Below, piece by piece: positions 41,451 through 51,756 of a DNA stretch of 64,000 nucleotides; the first letter of the stretch is position 1, and each line of letters begins with the position of its first letter. The notes below the pieces were generated by a model. It ran no database searches and was not told where the DNA came from. It saw only the letters and a program-made list of their open reading frames with translations. This DNA is from an uncultured Candidatus Saccharibacteria bacterium. Lineage in GTDB: Bacteria; Patescibacteriota; Doudnabacteria; UBA920. The position numbers and the translations under genes were made by a program. The stretch covers positions 407,253-471,252 of the forward strand of contig CAYQEU010000001.1 of NCBI GenBank assembly GCA_964416765.1, in the 5' to 3' direction.

Positions 41451-42128
41451 ATGATTGAATTCCAAAACGTAACTAAATATTACGGCGACAGCAAAGCCCT
41501 AAATGATATCAACCTGACCATAAATCAGGGTGAATTTATTTCACTGGTGGGAATGTCGGGAGCCGGAAAATCAACTTTAATGAAGCTGATTTTCGGCGAA
41601 GAAACCATTGATGAAGGAAAAATCCTGATTGATGATATTGACCTATCCAGCGTGCGCAAAGCCGACTTGCCTTACCTGCGCCGCAAAATTGGGATTGTGT
41701 TCCAGGACATCAAATTACTGCCCCGCCTGACCGCGTTTGAAAACGTAGCTTTCGCCATGGAAGTCTCCGGCCACAGCAAGCAGAAAATTGACAAGGATGT
41801 CCCACGGATTTTGGAATTGGTTGGCCTGCTCCATAAGCGCCACAACTTCCCGCACGAGATGTCCGGCGGGGAGATGCAGCGCGTGGCGATTGCGCGCTCA
41901 TTGGCCCACCGCCCAGTTTTGCTCCTCGCTGACGAACCCACCGGCAACCTCGACGAAGTAAACGCCAATGAAGTGTTAGACCTTCTGACTAAAATCAATA
42001 AACTTGGAACGACTGTTATTTTGGCCACCCACGCGGCGGACTTGGTCAATAAGATCAACAAGCGCGTGGTTACCATTGAAGGCGGCCAGATCACTTTGGA
42101 GCAGCAGCAAGGAAAGTACAAACTCTAA
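41451..42128 (+). CDS. ftsE: Cell division ATP-binding protein FtsE
   Basis: Walker A GMSGAGKST, ABC signature MSGGEMQRVAIARS, Walker B LLLADEPT. Confidence 0.9.
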   Translation: MIEFQNVTKYYGDSKALNDINLTINQGEFISLVGMSGAGKSTLMKLIFGEETIDEGKILIDDIDLSSVRKADLPYLRRKIGIVFQDIKLLPRLTAFENVAFAMEVSGHSKQKIDKDVPRILELVGLLHKRHNFPHEMSGGEMQRVAIARSLAHRPVLLLADEPTGNLDEVNANEVLDLLTKINKLGTTVILATHAADLVNKINKRVVTIEGGQITLEQQQGKYKL

Positions 42129-43042
42129 TGAACTTTATTTCCCTCGGGCGCATTATCCGCAATGGTGCCACCAATTTTTACCGAAACCGCTGGCTCTCAG
42201 TAGCCGCCACTTTGATTATGGTAGTAACTTTGATAATCCTGTCCGTAATGTTCTTGCTGTTTGTGATTACCAGTTTTTCGGTCAGCAGCATTCGCGAGCG
42301 AGTGGACATTAGCGCCTACTTCAAACAGGGACTGAACGAAAACCAGATTTTAGCGGTTAAGGCTGATTTGGAAAATGACAGTAAGGTCAAAGAAGTCACT
42401 TACGTTTCCTCCGACCAGGCGCTGGAAGACTTTAAGAAACGACATGCTGATACCCCGCTGTTAGTTGACTCAATTAAGGAGCTAAGTGAGAACCCGTTCC
42501 CGGCAACCTTGCAGGTCAAAGGCAACAATCTGGATGACTACCCGGCGATTGCCCAGCAACTGCAGGGGGACAAGTACAAAAACAGCATCGAAAAAGTTAA
42601 CTATGAAGATAACCGCACCACCATTGAACGGCTGCGCGTTTTGCTTCGTTTCGTAATTATCGGCGGGATTGGCCTAATTAGCGTATTCTCCATAATCGCT
42701 ATTTTGGTAATTTTCAACACCATCACCCTCACAATCTACAACCGCCGCGAAGAAGTGGAAATCATGCGGCTCGTTGGCGCGACCAACTGGTACATCCGGG
42801 GACCGTTCCTAATGGAAGCCATGATGTACAGCATAGTTGCCACTATCCTGACCAGTGCTTTGCTGGTGCCATTTTACGTAAAAATTGTTCCAGCCATAAA
42901 CACCTACCTGAATCCCGGCGGAACGGTATTTAGTTCCACTTTCATTAGTTTCCCGGTTTTGGTGGCGCTTCAATTGGGCATAGCCCTGCTCTTGAGCATT
43001 GTTTCCTCCATGCTAGCCATCCGCCGCTACTTGAGAATATAG
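42128..43042 (+). CDS. ftsX: Cell division permease FtsX
   Basis: 4-TM topology with a large periplasmic loop. Immediately follows ftsE with an overlapping stop/start. Confidence 0.8.
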   Translation: MNFISLGRIIRNGATNFYRNRWLSVAATLIMVVTLIILSVMFLLFVITSFSVSSIRERVDISAYFKQGLNENQILAVKADLENDSKVKEVTYVSSDQALEDFKKRHADTPLLVDSIKELSENPFPATLQVKGNNLDDYPAIAQQLQGDKYKNSIEKVNYEDNRTTIERLRVLLRFVIIGGIGLISVFSIIAILVIFNTITLTIYNRREEVEIMRLVGATNWYIRGPFLMEAMMYSIVATILTSALLVPFYVKIVPAINTYLNPGGTVFSSTFISFPVLVALQLGIALLLSIVSSMLAIRRYLRI

Positions 43043-43191
43043 GCCGGGAGGCAGCTTCCTGGCGCCAGCTCTTGCAATATTTCCCAAACCTTATATACTA
43101 AAAAAGAGCCGTTATTTTCCTCCGGGTTTTGGAGGCGAAAACCGGACCAGACTCTCAATTCGGGAGTTTTTTTGTTGTTTAAATCACATAT

Positions 43192-43644
43192 ATGAAAGTC
43201 ATTTTGAGCAAGTCCGTACCCGGAGTCGGGAAGGCCGGCGAAATAAAGGAAGTTTCCGAGGGGTACGGCAATAATTTCATACTAAAAAAGGGCTTTGGGC
43301 GGCTAGCCACGGCGCAGGAACTCACGCGCCAGGTAAAAGAAGCCAAGGAGGCGGCAGGAAAACAGGAACGCCAAGTCGGCCAGGCCAAAGGCTTAAAGCA
43401 AAAACTGGAAACCCAAAAATTTACCGCTGTAGTTAAAGTGGGGGAACAGGGGCAGGTTTTTTCGGGGGTGCACGAAAAGGATATTGCCGAACTGCTGAGC
43501 CAGAAACTACACGTGACTATAGAAAAGAGCCAGATCCACACGCCACCACTCAAAACACTGGGAGAGCATAAGATAAAAGTAAAACTCGGACACGGGTTGT
43601 CCGCCGAAACCACGTTAATAATTCAAGCTGAACAAACAAAATAA
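43192..43644 (+). CDS. rplI: 50S ribosomal protein L9
   Basis: MKVILSKSVPGVGKAGEIKEVSEGYGNNFILKKGFG is the canonical L9 N-domain. Confidence 0.9.
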   Translation: MKVILSKSVPGVGKAGEIKEVSEGYGNNFILKKGFGRLATAQELTRQVKEAKEAAGKQERQVGQAKGLKQKLETQKFTAVVKVGEQGQVFSGVHEKDIAELLSQKLHVTIEKSQIHTPPLKTLGEHKIKVKLGHGLSAETTLIIQAEQTK

Positions 43645-43646
43645 CC

Positions 43647-45341
43647 ATGTCATACCACGTTAAACCGCGCAAAGCCGGAAAACTTCATACCAAATTTATC
43701 TTTATCTCAGGAGGTGTTATTTCCTCCGTGGGCAAAGGTGTTACCACTTCTTCCATTGCCGCCCTCCTCGAATCCCGCGGTTATACCGTAGCTCCGGTTA
43801 AATGCGACGCCTATCTAAACGTTGACGCCGGCACCATCCGCCCCCAGGAACATGGCGAAGTGTTCGTAACTGATGATGGCATGGAAACCGACCAGGACAT
43901 CGGCAACTACGAGCGCTTCATGAACGATGACCTGTCTTCCGCTAACTACCTGACCAACGGGCAGATCTACAAAAAAATTATTGAGAAAGAACGCAATTTT
44001 GAGTACGACGGCGAAGACGTGGAAGTTGCCATGCACGTACCGGAAGAAATGATTCGCCGGTTCGAACTGGCAGCCAAGAAGCGCAAGGCTGATTTTGTGA
44101 TTGTGGAAATTGGCGGTACGGTAGGCGAATACCAGAACATTTTATTCATTGAAGCCAACCGCATTATGAAGTACCGCGATAACCGTGATGTCATCCACAT
44201 TCACGTCGGATATTTACCAACCCCGCCGAGCGTGGGGGAGATGAAATCCAAACCGGTACAGAACTCAGTAAAGCAATTGATTGCTTCCGGCATTCAGCCG
44301 GACTTCCTCATCGCGCGCGCCGAACAAACCATGGATGATCGCCGCAAGGAAACCCTGGCGTGGACCACGAATGTGCCCAAAGAAAACATCATTGCCGCTC
44401 CTAATGTTGATTCCATTTACCGCGTTCCGCTGAACTTTGATTCCCAAGGACTTACCGACAAGATCCTCAAAAAATTCAACATGACTGCCCGCCGCAAAGA
44501 CACCAGCGGCTGGAAAAAATTGGCCGACCGGATTACCAGCCTGCGCCGCTCCAAGAAAGCGGTGAAAATCGCTGTTGTGGGCAAATACTTCGAAACCGGC
44601 GCCTATAAGCTGGCTGATGTCTATATTTCCGTGGTAGAGGCCATCAAACACGCCAGTTGGGCCCAAAATACAGCTTTTGAGCTGGAATGGGTATCGAGCC
44701 TGCGAATAGAAAAAGAGGGCGCTAAAGCGGTTTTAGGAGGTTTTAACGGCATAGTAGTGCCAGGCGGGTTTGGCAGCCGCGGCACAGAGGGGATGATAGA
44801 AGCCATCAAATACGCCAGAACCAACAAAGTCCCTTATTTAGGGCTTTGCTACGGCATGCAAATGGCCACCATTGAATTTGCCCGCAACGTGGCCAGGCTC
44901 CGAAAGGCCAACACCACTGAAGTCGATGACGACAGCCCGCACCCGGTCATCCACATCATGCCTGACCAGGAAAAGAAATTGCTGAATCGGGAATACGGAG
45001 CGACCATGCGTCTTGGTGCCTGGGACTGTTTAATCAAGCGTGGCACTGTAACTGAAAAAGCTTACACCGCCGGCAAGTGGATTAAGAAGGGCGGCTCACC
45101 GAAAATTTCCGAACGCCACCGCCACCGTTTCGAGTTCAATAACACCTACCGCGAGCGCCTGGAAAAAGCCGGGCTTACTGTTTCGGGAACTTCCATGGAC
45201 GGACAACTGGTTGAAATCATTGAGCTGAAAGACCATCCGTTCTTTGTCGGTACTCAGTTCCATCCGGAATTCAAATCCAGACCGTTTGCACCGCACCCTC
45301 TGTTCACGGCGTTTATTGCCGCCACAGCAAAGCGAAAGTAG
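43647..45341 (+). CDS. pyrG: CTP synthase
   Basis: KFIFISGGVISSVGKG. GATase domain with catalytic GLCYGMQ and HPEF. Confidence 0.97.
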   Translation: MSYHVKPRKAGKLHTKFIFISGGVISSVGKGVTTSSIAALLESRGYTVAPVKCDAYLNVDAGTIRPQEHGEVFVTDDGMETDQDIGNYERFMNDDLSSANYLTNGQIYKKIIEKERNFEYDGEDVEVAMHVPEEMIRRFELAAKKRKADFVIVEIGGTVGEYQNILFIEANRIMKYRDNRDVIHIHVGYLPTPPSVGEMKSKPVQNSVKQLIASGIQPDFLIARAEQTMDDRRKETLAWTTNVPKENIIAAPNVDSIYRVPLNFDSQGLTDKILKKFNMTARRKDTSGWKKLADRITSLRRSKKAVKIAVVGKYFETGAYKLADVYISVVEAIKHASWAQNTAFELEWVSSLRIEKEGAKAVLGGFNGIVVPGGFGSRGTEGMIEAIKYARTNKVPYLGLCYGMQMATIEFARNVARLRKANTTEVDDDSPHPVIHIMPDQEKKLLNREYGATMRLGAWDCLIKRGTVTEKAYTAGKWIKKGGSPKISERHRHRFEFNNTYRERLEKAGLTVSGTSMDGQLVEIIELKDHPFFVGTQFHPEFKSRPFAPHPLFTAFIAATAKRK

Positions 45342-45372
45342 CAAAAGTCCAGCAAAATACCATAACAATTAC

Positions 45373-45398
45373 AGCCGGTTGCCAAAACCGGCTTTTTG
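45373..45398 (+). terminator. Rho-independent terminator after pyrG
   Basis: agccggtt-gccaa-aaccggct + TTTTT. Confidence 0.65.
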
Positions 45399-45459
45399 TT
45401 GTATAATGCCGAAAGTTGAGAACAAAGATAGAAGTACGAATTTCGAAAGGGAGGACGGA

Positions 45460-46233
45460 ATGAAATACAGAAGAAAACGTAAAAGCAATGAATACCAGAA
45501 GCGTTCCCATATCAAATCCGCTGTTCCCGAACGGCGGCGCGACCCCGGCAAGGCAGGGGATTATTTTCAGAAGGCGGTAATCGAACTCGGCGAAGCCAGG
45601 GTGAGGAAAGCCATTGATTTACTCAAGGCATCCCTCTTTCACGACCGCGAGTTCGCCGAATCACACGCCCTGCTCGGCATGGCGTATATCTGCCTGGACC
45701 GTAACCGTCTAGGTATCAACCACTGCAACGAGGCGAACCGTCTTGGGCTGGCAAACTCCATGTGCATGCTGCACCTAATAGCGGCGCATGGCAGGCTCGG
45801 ACACATTGGAATGCAGCGCACCCTGATGTTCGTCGCGCTACAACGCTTCCCCGAAATCCGGGAAGACGTGGTAAACTGCTGCCTTGGGGTTTTTTACCAC
45901 CACTGGCACGATCATAACTTCCCCTTGGCGAAGTCCTGCGTTGAAACGCTTATCCAGCTCGACGGCTCGAGCATTCACTGGACGATGTACGCCCAATGCT
46001 GTCTGCGGATGGGACTTTACCAGGAGGCGTACGAGAACGCGTCGCTCGCCATAAACATGGACCCCTCGAACGGCGCGGCGTACCAAATTCGCGGCAAGCT
46101 TCTCCTACAGCTCGGTTATGCCGACCAGGCGATCCTGGAATTTTCCACGGCTCGCGCGAACGGTTATCACCACGAGGTGACGGACCTTTTGAGAACGTCG
46201 GTCAAAAACTGGGCGGCGCAAAACATCAACTAA
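45460..46233 (+). CDS. TPR-repeat protein, hypothetical
   Basis: Start set at MKYRRKRKS (SD AAGGGAGG 6 nt upstream). TPR-like helices (AIDLLKASLFHDREFAESHALLGMAYI...). GC-rich. Confidence 0.55.
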   Translation: MKYRRKRKSNEYQKRSHIKSAVPERRRDPGKAGDYFQKAVIELGEARVRKAIDLLKASLFHDREFAESHALLGMAYICLDRNRLGINHCNEANRLGLANSMCMLHLIAAHGRLGHIGMQRTLMFVALQRFPEIREDVVNCCLGVFYHHWHDHNFPLAKSCVETLIQLDGSSIHWTMYAQCCLRMGLYQEAYENASLAINMDPSNGAAYQIRGKLLLQLGYADQAILEFSTARANGYHHEVTDLLRTSVKNWAAQNIN

Positions 46234-46249
46234 TTTTTTCTGTTTGGAT

Positions 46250-46288
46250 AAAAAAATACCCTGTCATGGAGGAGACAGGGTATTTTTA
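46250..46288. terminator. Bidirectional terminator between the TPR gene (+) and rpmA (-)
   Basis: 10-bp stem ataccctgtc/gacagggtat flanked by A- and T-runs. Confidence 0.6.
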
Positions 46289-46293
46289 ATTGA

Positions 46294-46668
46294 TTACTTC
46301 GCGGCGGCGGCTTTCGCTTTTGGAGCAGCAGTTTTAGCCGGAGCCTTCGCGGCTGCTTTAGCGGCTGGCTTGGGAGCGGCTTTCGCTTCGCCGAGAGGGA
46401 CAACACTTACGACGCGAGTGCGGCGCAGGCCGCCATGGAACTTAGTCATCATTTTCTTCTGGAACTTGACGGTGCCGTCGATTACAGAATAGATGGTGGA
46501 ATCATCCGCCAGGCGGACATTCTTTCCTGGGTAGAATTTAGTACCGTGCTGGCGAATAATAATTTCGCCTTTGTTCACGCGCTGGTCGCCAAATATTTTG
46601 ACACCGAGGCGCTTGGAAACTGAGTCACGGCCAAGGGAGGTAGAGCCTCCCGCTTTCTTATGAGCCAT
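46294..46668 (-). CDS. rpmA: 50S ribosomal protein L27 with a C-terminal Ala/Lys-rich (AKAP-repeat) extension
   Basis: [24 protein letters not shown]...[11 protein letters not shown] is L27. A ~35-aa tail [30 protein letters not shown] follows. Confidence 0.9.
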   Translation of the reverse strand: MAHKKAGGSTSLGRDSVSKRLGVKIFGDQRVNKGEIIIRQHGTKFYPGKNVRLADDSTIYSVIDGTVKFQKKMMTKFHGGLRRTRVVSVVPLGEAKAAPKPAAKAAAKAPAKTAAPKAKAAAAK

Positions 46669-46680
46669 AGAATAACTTAA

Positions 46681-47973
46681 TTAAACTTTTTCAAATCGTA
46701 TGATTTCCCTGGCAACAATCTGGTCTTTCCGGTCATAGATAGCGGATCCGCGCTCTGTGAGCTTCAAAAATGGAAGCGAACCGGCCAAATTAGAAGGAAT
46801 CAAACTTGTAATATTGTACCCCAAATCCGCCATAAAGTCAAGGCTGGGGAACATTTCGTATTCCGTAGCGGTCTTTTTGTAGGCCGGCAGGCAGAGGATA
46901 ACGGAGCCTTTTTTCGGAAGAAATTTTGCCCATTCCTGGAAAGAGTTTTTGTACAGTTGGGTGAGAGCCTTAAAATTCTCTTCAATATCTTTTTTGTCGG
47001 GGTATTTGGAGTACATGGGACCGAGATTGCCTTCAGTAACAATGGCGCCAATCTGCTTAAACGCCTGGATGCCAATGAGTTTTTGCACAGTCTCGCTGAC
47101 TTTCTGGGCGTCCGAAATTTCCAAGTGGTATTTGCCTTTGGGAATCTTGTAGCGGTTACGGAACCACTCCAGGTTTTTTTCGCTGCCGGCAATGGCGACG
47201 GGGTCAATGTCAGTGCCAAGCATCTTGTGTCCCTGCAGAACGCCTTCCTGGACTAAAGTGCCAAGACCGCAGAACGGGTCGAGCATGGCGTCCGAAATTT
47301 TTGCGTCCGCGTAATTGAGCATCATCTGGGCAACCTTGGGGGGAATCATGCCGCGGCGGTCATCGCGCACCGGACGCTGGTAATCACGGCGGCCGTAATC
47401 CTCAAAGTCCTGGACCACCAAAGTCTTGGCGGCGTAAATCTTTTCGGAAGCAGCGAGGATGCAAATTTCAGCGCCTTTGTTTAGCAGGCCATTCTTGGTT
47501 ACAACCACGGAAGCAAGTGCCAACGAATTGAACTCGGGCAGGACTAGACGAATAGAGGAGCCGTTGTCCTGCATGGCGCGCTTAATGAACATGCCAATGC
47601 GCTTCGGTTCGCCGAACGCTTTAGCCTCCATGTCTATTAGGTACACGCTAACACCAAACTGGATCTTACCAGTGTAATTTTTTAGAAAATCCTTTTTGAT
47701 GCGTGACGGGCGGAAGTAATGCTGCAAAGCGAAATTGATGGAGTCCTGGGGCCGCTTGCGTAGCGTGTCTACGACTTTCAATATCTTAATAGTGCCGCCG
47801 AGCATCTTCTGCCACTTTTCCGGGTCGAGCGTGCTCTCTGATTCAACCACCAACACTTCGGGTGACGCGTCAACAACCTTAACTTCGAAATTATGCTTCT
47901 TAAACAGGGTGAACAACTCAGCGAGGGATAGAGTATGAACCCGTCCCAAAACAAAAGCGTAAGTGTTAGTCAT
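46681..47973 (-). CDS. THUMP-domain class I SAM-dependent RNA (tRNA/rRNA guanine-N2) methyltransferase
   Basis: N-terminal THUMP-like region. Methylase motif I LDPFCGLGTL and catalytic-region features. 430 aa. Confidence 0.7.
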   Translation of the reverse strand: MTNTYAFVLGRVHTLSLAELFTLFKKHNFEVKVVDASPEVLVVESESTLDPEKWQKMLGGTIKILKVVDTLRKRPQDSINFALQHYFRPSRIKKDFLKNYTGKIQFGVSVYLIDMEAKAFGEPKRIGMFIKRAMQDNGSSIRLVLPEFNSLALASVVVTKNGLLNKGAEICILAASEKIYAAKTLVVQDFEDYGRRDYQRPVRDDRRGMIPPKVAQMMLNYADAKISDAMLDPFCGLGTLVQEGVLQGHKMLGTDIDPVAIAGSEKNLEWFRNRYKIPKGKYHLEISDAQKVSETVQKLIGIQAFKQIGAIVTEGNLGPMYSKYPDKKDIEENFKALTQLYKNSFQEWAKFLPKKGSVILCLPAYKKTATEYEMFPSLDFMADLGYNITSLIPSNLAGSLPFLKLTERGSAIYDRKDQIVAREIIRFEKV

Positions 47974-48061
47974 ATAACTTAAGTGTGCCTCTTATAAATT
48001 TCAGTGGTTATTCTTTATAAATTATAGCACTTTTGCCGTGTTTTTGTTACCATTTATACAT

Positions 48062-49309
48062 ATGGAAAAACTTAGTCCCGCCAAGAAATTAATCTATTTG
48101 GACAATGCCGCAACAACCCCGATTGACCGGGCGGTTTTGCGCGCAATGCAGCCGTATTTAACCGAACAATACGGCAACCCTTCCAGCCTTTACCGAATCG
48201 GCCAGCAGGCACAGGAAGCCATAAGCAAGTCTAGAAAAGCGATTGCTGATATTTTGCAGGCCCAGCCAAGGGAAATTATCTTTACCGCGGGCGGTACGGA
48301 AAGCGTAAATCTCGCTATTCTGGGCGTAGCGCACGAATATGAATTAAAGAATAAGAAAAAGGGCCACATGATAACTAGCGCCATTGAACACCACGCCGTA
48401 TTGCATACGGTCGGCGCACTTAAAGAGGAAGGGTGGGCAGTCACTTTAGTAGATTCGGATAAAAACGGTCTGGTAAGTGTGGAGAGCATAAAGAAGGCCA
48501 TACGGAAGGACACCGTACTTGTTTCTATAATGTACGCGAACAATGAAGTCGGAACTATCCAAAATATACCAGACATTGGCAAGCTAGTTGCCGGAGTGAA
48601 CAGGGTACGGTTAAGCAAAAAGTTACCGCGCATATTTTTTCACAGTGATGCCTGCCAAGCAGGCAATAGCCTTGACCTAAATACTTTCAAACTCGGTGTG
48701 GACTTGCTATCCGTCAACGGCAGCAAGATTTACGGACCGAAACAAATTGGATTTCTTTACGCGCGTTCGGGTACGCCCTTGCGGCCCATAGTATTTGGGG
48801 GCGGCCAGGAAAAAAATATGAGAAGCGGAACGGAGAACGTCGCGGGCGTAGTAGGTTTGGCAAAAGCTTTGGAACTGGCACAGAGGAATAGACTTCAGGA
48901 AAATGCACGGACGAAAAAACTAAGGGACACTTTTCTTACGCAACTTCTTAAATCTGTTTCCGGGGTAACATTGAACGGACCGGATGACCATAAATTGAAA
49001 CTGGATAAACAAAAATTCAACGAAGGGATGCAGCGTTTACCAAATAACATAAATGTTTCGGTAAAAGGAATAGAAGGGGAAGTGCTTTTATTTTACTTAG
49101 ACGGATACAACATTGCGGTGTCTACGGGCAGCGCCTGCTCATCATCTTCACCCGACCCCTCGCATGTAATTTTGGGTTTGGGCAAAAAAAAGGCGGATGC
49201 GTTCAGCAGCCTTCGCATCACCCTGGGAAAGCAAACCATGAAGAACGAACTGGATTACGTGCTGAAAGTTATCAAAGCTATCGTTAAGCAGGAAAGGGAA
49301 CTGAAATAA
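48062..49309 (+). CDS. Cysteine desulfurase (IscS/NifS family, PLP class V)
   Basis: LIYLDNAATTP, SAIEHHAV, PLP-Lys region SVNGSKIYGPKQIGFLY, active-site Cys loop STGSACSS. Confidence 0.85.
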   Translation: MEKLSPAKKLIYLDNAATTPIDRAVLRAMQPYLTEQYGNPSSLYRIGQQAQEAISKSRKAIADILQAQPREIIFTAGGTESVNLAILGVAHEYELKNKKKGHMITSAIEHHAVLHTVGALKEEGWAVTLVDSDKNGLVSVESIKKAIRKDTVLVSIMYANNEVGTIQNIPDIGKLVAGVNRVRLSKKLPRIFFHSDACQAGNSLDLNTFKLGVDLLSVNGSKIYGPKQIGFLYARSGTPLRPIVFGGGQEKNMRSGTENVAGVVGLAKALELAQRNRLQENARTKKLRDTFLTQLLKSVSGVTLNGPDDHKLKLDKQKFNEGMQRLPNNINVSVKGIEGEVLLFYLDGYNIAVSTGSACSSSSPDPSHVILGLGKKKADAFSSLRITLGKQTMKNELDYVLKVIKAIVKQERELK

Positions 49310-49310
49310 C

Positions 49311-49472
49311 ATGCCGATAGACAACAACCTACCTCCCTTTCTGCGAGACGAACTAAAACGAATAGAGGAGGAAGCCCGGGAAAACTTAAGGGAACTAGCG
49401 GAAGAACGGCTTCGTTTAACCCATAATTTTGATGATGCCGCCATGGATAGCATTAGAAAACAACTCTCATGA
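49311..49472 (+). CDS. Small hypothetical protein (53 aa), translationally coupled
   Basis: ATG overlaps the upstream stop (TAACATG) and its stop overlaps the next ATG (ATGA). Charged helical peptide. Confidence 0.4.
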   Translation: MPIDNNLPPFLRDELKRIEEEARENLRELAEERLRLTHNFDDAAMDSIRKQLS

Positions 49473-51313
49473 AGGAAACCGAACTCCACGAACCGGGGAG
49501 CGATTTTGAGCAGGAGCTAGAAACTCCGGAAACTGCCGAAACCACAGAAACGGCGGAGACTTTAGATGCGGCCGAAGGAAAAGAACGGATCGGCACGGTA
49601 CGATCCTGGGTGGGCCAAAAATTTGGGGAACTGGCCAATGTTTTGCGCAAAGACGTTCAATTGAACGAGGAGATGTTTGAAAAGCTTAAGCCCCAAATCG
49701 AAGAAAACAGACGAGCCCAAATAGCGGAATTAAACGGAAGAGTGTTAGCATTGCTGGAACGGACGGAGAATGTGGAAAAGTATTACGACGAACAGTTGGA
49801 TGAGCTGGAGCGGCTAAGCGCGCTTAAAGCCGAAGAATACGTAAACATTTCGCCGGAGGATTTCAAAAATCTGCCCCGCATGGACAAACGGGTTTTAGTC
49901 AGCGAAGGCTTGCTCAGCAAAATTATTGATCAAACTGACGATCCAGAAGCACTCATTGGGTGGACCGGGGTAACCATGGCTTACGAAAGAAAATATATTG
50001 ACCAGATTACAGAGAAGATAGCGCGGCAAGCGGCCAAAGAATATGGTGAACCAAATACCCGGGACGATTGGAAGCTATTGTCTAACCCCGCGTACGAAAA
50101 ACTTAAAGTCATGAGAGGAAGCTCTCATGACAAGGAGAAGGCAATCTACCGCCGGGAAGCCAATGAAAAAATGGATAAGGAAACAGCCGCCCAATTCTTC
50201 CAATGGCAATTTGAAGATGGAAATTATAACGGCGATTTACGCACACTGGGGAATTACATAAAATACGTGCCCGAAGCAGAGAGGGACCCCGAACTTATAG
50301 CGCAAGCCAAGGCGGCCATAAATGAAAAGTACTGGAATATACATTCCGGGAACAGAAACTACGAGCAGCTGGTAGAGCAGATAGACAACTTGGATTCGCC
50401 GGTATCAAAAGTGTTGCAGGCGTTGTGGCAAGGTGAAATGGGCATTCAGCCCTTTGGATCACGCATGGACACAATGGGAAAACAGGTGCGGTTAATTGAA
50501 CGGATGAGAGAGATTATTGGAGACCCGGAACGTGGCCCAAAATATTTGGATTATTTTGTAAAAAAATGCGGCATCACCAACCTAGACCGTTACCCCATGA
50601 GTATGCTGGATGGGGTATACAAAGACCGTGACAATAAAGACAAGCCGTATGGCCTCATGGTGCTGGCGCGGGCGGACGAAAACCAGGCGTTCAGCAAAGA
50701 CAACGAAACATACGAGGAGTTCTATAAGTCCCTGGAAGCAAATGGGCAGCGGTTGCTTTTGGCAGAAGCGGGGAGTGACCGTGAATTGCTGGCAGCCATT
50801 AAGAACGCAACCACTCGGCAGGGAGGAAAAAAAATCGGGTTTATGCTGGTCGGCGGCCACGGCAGCCCGGATAGCATCCAACTTGGCGAAGGCGAAACGG
50901 TTTACCGGCAAACCCCAAAGCGCCGCTTTGATTATGAACAAGATAATGACACCCACATTCGCATGACAGTCCGCGCCGCCCGAAAGTACGTGGAACCAGG
51001 AGCGGAAGTTATGGCTTTGTCATGCTCCACCGGAGCCAAAACTGACAAATACACTTATCCCATTGCCGAATCCACCGCCCGCCGAACTGGCTGGACCACT
51101 CACGGATTTAGCAGGCCCTTAGGGTTTAATAACTTAAAATCCCACATCAAGGAAGACGGCAGAGTAGGGCTTACCGTAGATGTACACGATGGCCCTCTCT
51201 CTATCCATGAAAGGGAAAAGTTCAAGGGAGCTCCCGCGCGGGTTAATACCTTCAAATACGAAAACTTCAAGGCCGAAAGCTACGATTACCTAGCCAAAGC
51301 GGACAAAAAATAA
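49469..51313 (+). CDS. Hypothetical 614-aa protein with a C-terminal caspase-like (C14/CHAT-type) His-Cys dyad candidate
   Basis: N-terminal acidic/coiled-coil region. C-terminal KIGFMLVGGHGSPD ... (55 aa) ... AEVMALSCSTGA gives hydrophobic strand-HG and strand-C spacing like the caspase fold. Confidence 0.55.
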   Translation: MKETELHEPGSDFEQELETPETAETTETAETLDAAEGKERIGTVRSWVGQKFGELANVLRKDVQLNEEMFEKLKPQIEENRRAQIAELNGRVLALLERTENVEKYYDEQLDELERLSALKAEEYVNISPEDFKNLPRMDKRVLVSEGLLSKIIDQTDDPEALIGWTGVTMAYERKYIDQITEKIARQAAKEYGEPNTRDDWKLLSNPAYEKLKVMRGSSHDKEKAIYRREANEKMDKETAAQFFQWQFEDGNYNGDLRTLGNYIKYVPEAERDPELIAQAKAAINEKYWNIHSGNRNYEQLVEQIDNLDSPVSKVLQALWQGEMGIQPFGSRMDTMGKQVRLIERMREIIGDPERGPKYLDYFVKKCGITNLDRYPMSMLDGVYKDRDNKDKPYGLMVLARADENQAFSKDNETYEEFYKSLEANGQRLLLAEAGSDRELLAAIKNATTRQGGKKIGFMLVGGHGSPDSIQLGEGETVYRQTPKRRFDYEQDNDTHIRMTVRAARKYVEPGAEVMALSCSTGAKTDKYTYPIAESTARRTGWTTHGFSRPLGFNNLKSHIKEDGRVGLTVDVHDGPLSIHEREKFKGAPARVNTFKYENFKAESYDYLAKADKK

Positions 51314-51609
51314 TCCCCAAATACCCCTTGCCAAAACTAATAGGTATGGCATAATCCTCCATAGCATATCCAGGAACTGTCCTGGGTAGGCGAGAAAGGG
51401 ACTTCGTCTTCAGACGTTAACTAAGGGGGATTATCGTATTAACAAAACGGATGACTTGCTTGTGCTTGCGGCGTTAGCCGTTGTGGTTGTCTTGTCACTT
51501 TTCTTGCTCATAAAATTTTTGGTCGCACCCAGCCGACCCGTCGAAACCACCAAATGGTGGAAAAAGCTTGAAGAGCGATACGGCAACAAAGACTGATTGT
51601 TATTACCCG

Positions 51610-51646
51610 AAAACGGTTTCCACTTCCCGGAGACCGTTTTCTTTTT
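51610..51646 (+). terminator. Rho-independent terminator
   Basis: 8-bp stem aaaacggt/accgtttt followed by CTTTTT. May terminate a tiny hydrophobic peptide ORF (~51390-51597, no ATG). Confidence 0.45.
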
Positions 51647-51756
51647 GTATCCGCCGACGATTGACCAGGCGGGGGAAATAGGGTAGAATATCCCCAATCC
51701 AAAGAAGGGTTAATGGCTTGCGCAAGTGGGTCATATTTTTTGATGAGGTGAAAATT

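Noticed and set aside
45244-45459. Annotated ORF start at 45244 extends the TPR protein 72 aa upstream, overlapping pyrG
   Set aside because: The overlap with the pyrG 3' end, a terminator at 45373-45398 inside that extension, and a strong SD before the ATG at 45460 argue for the shorter gene.
51390-51597. Hydrophobic ~45-aa peptide ORF (…LLVLAALAVVVVLSLFLLIKFLVAPS…) followed by a good terminator
   Set aside because: There is no in-frame ATG; it would need a TTG/GTG start with no clear SD. It is noted with the terminator feature but not called as a gene.
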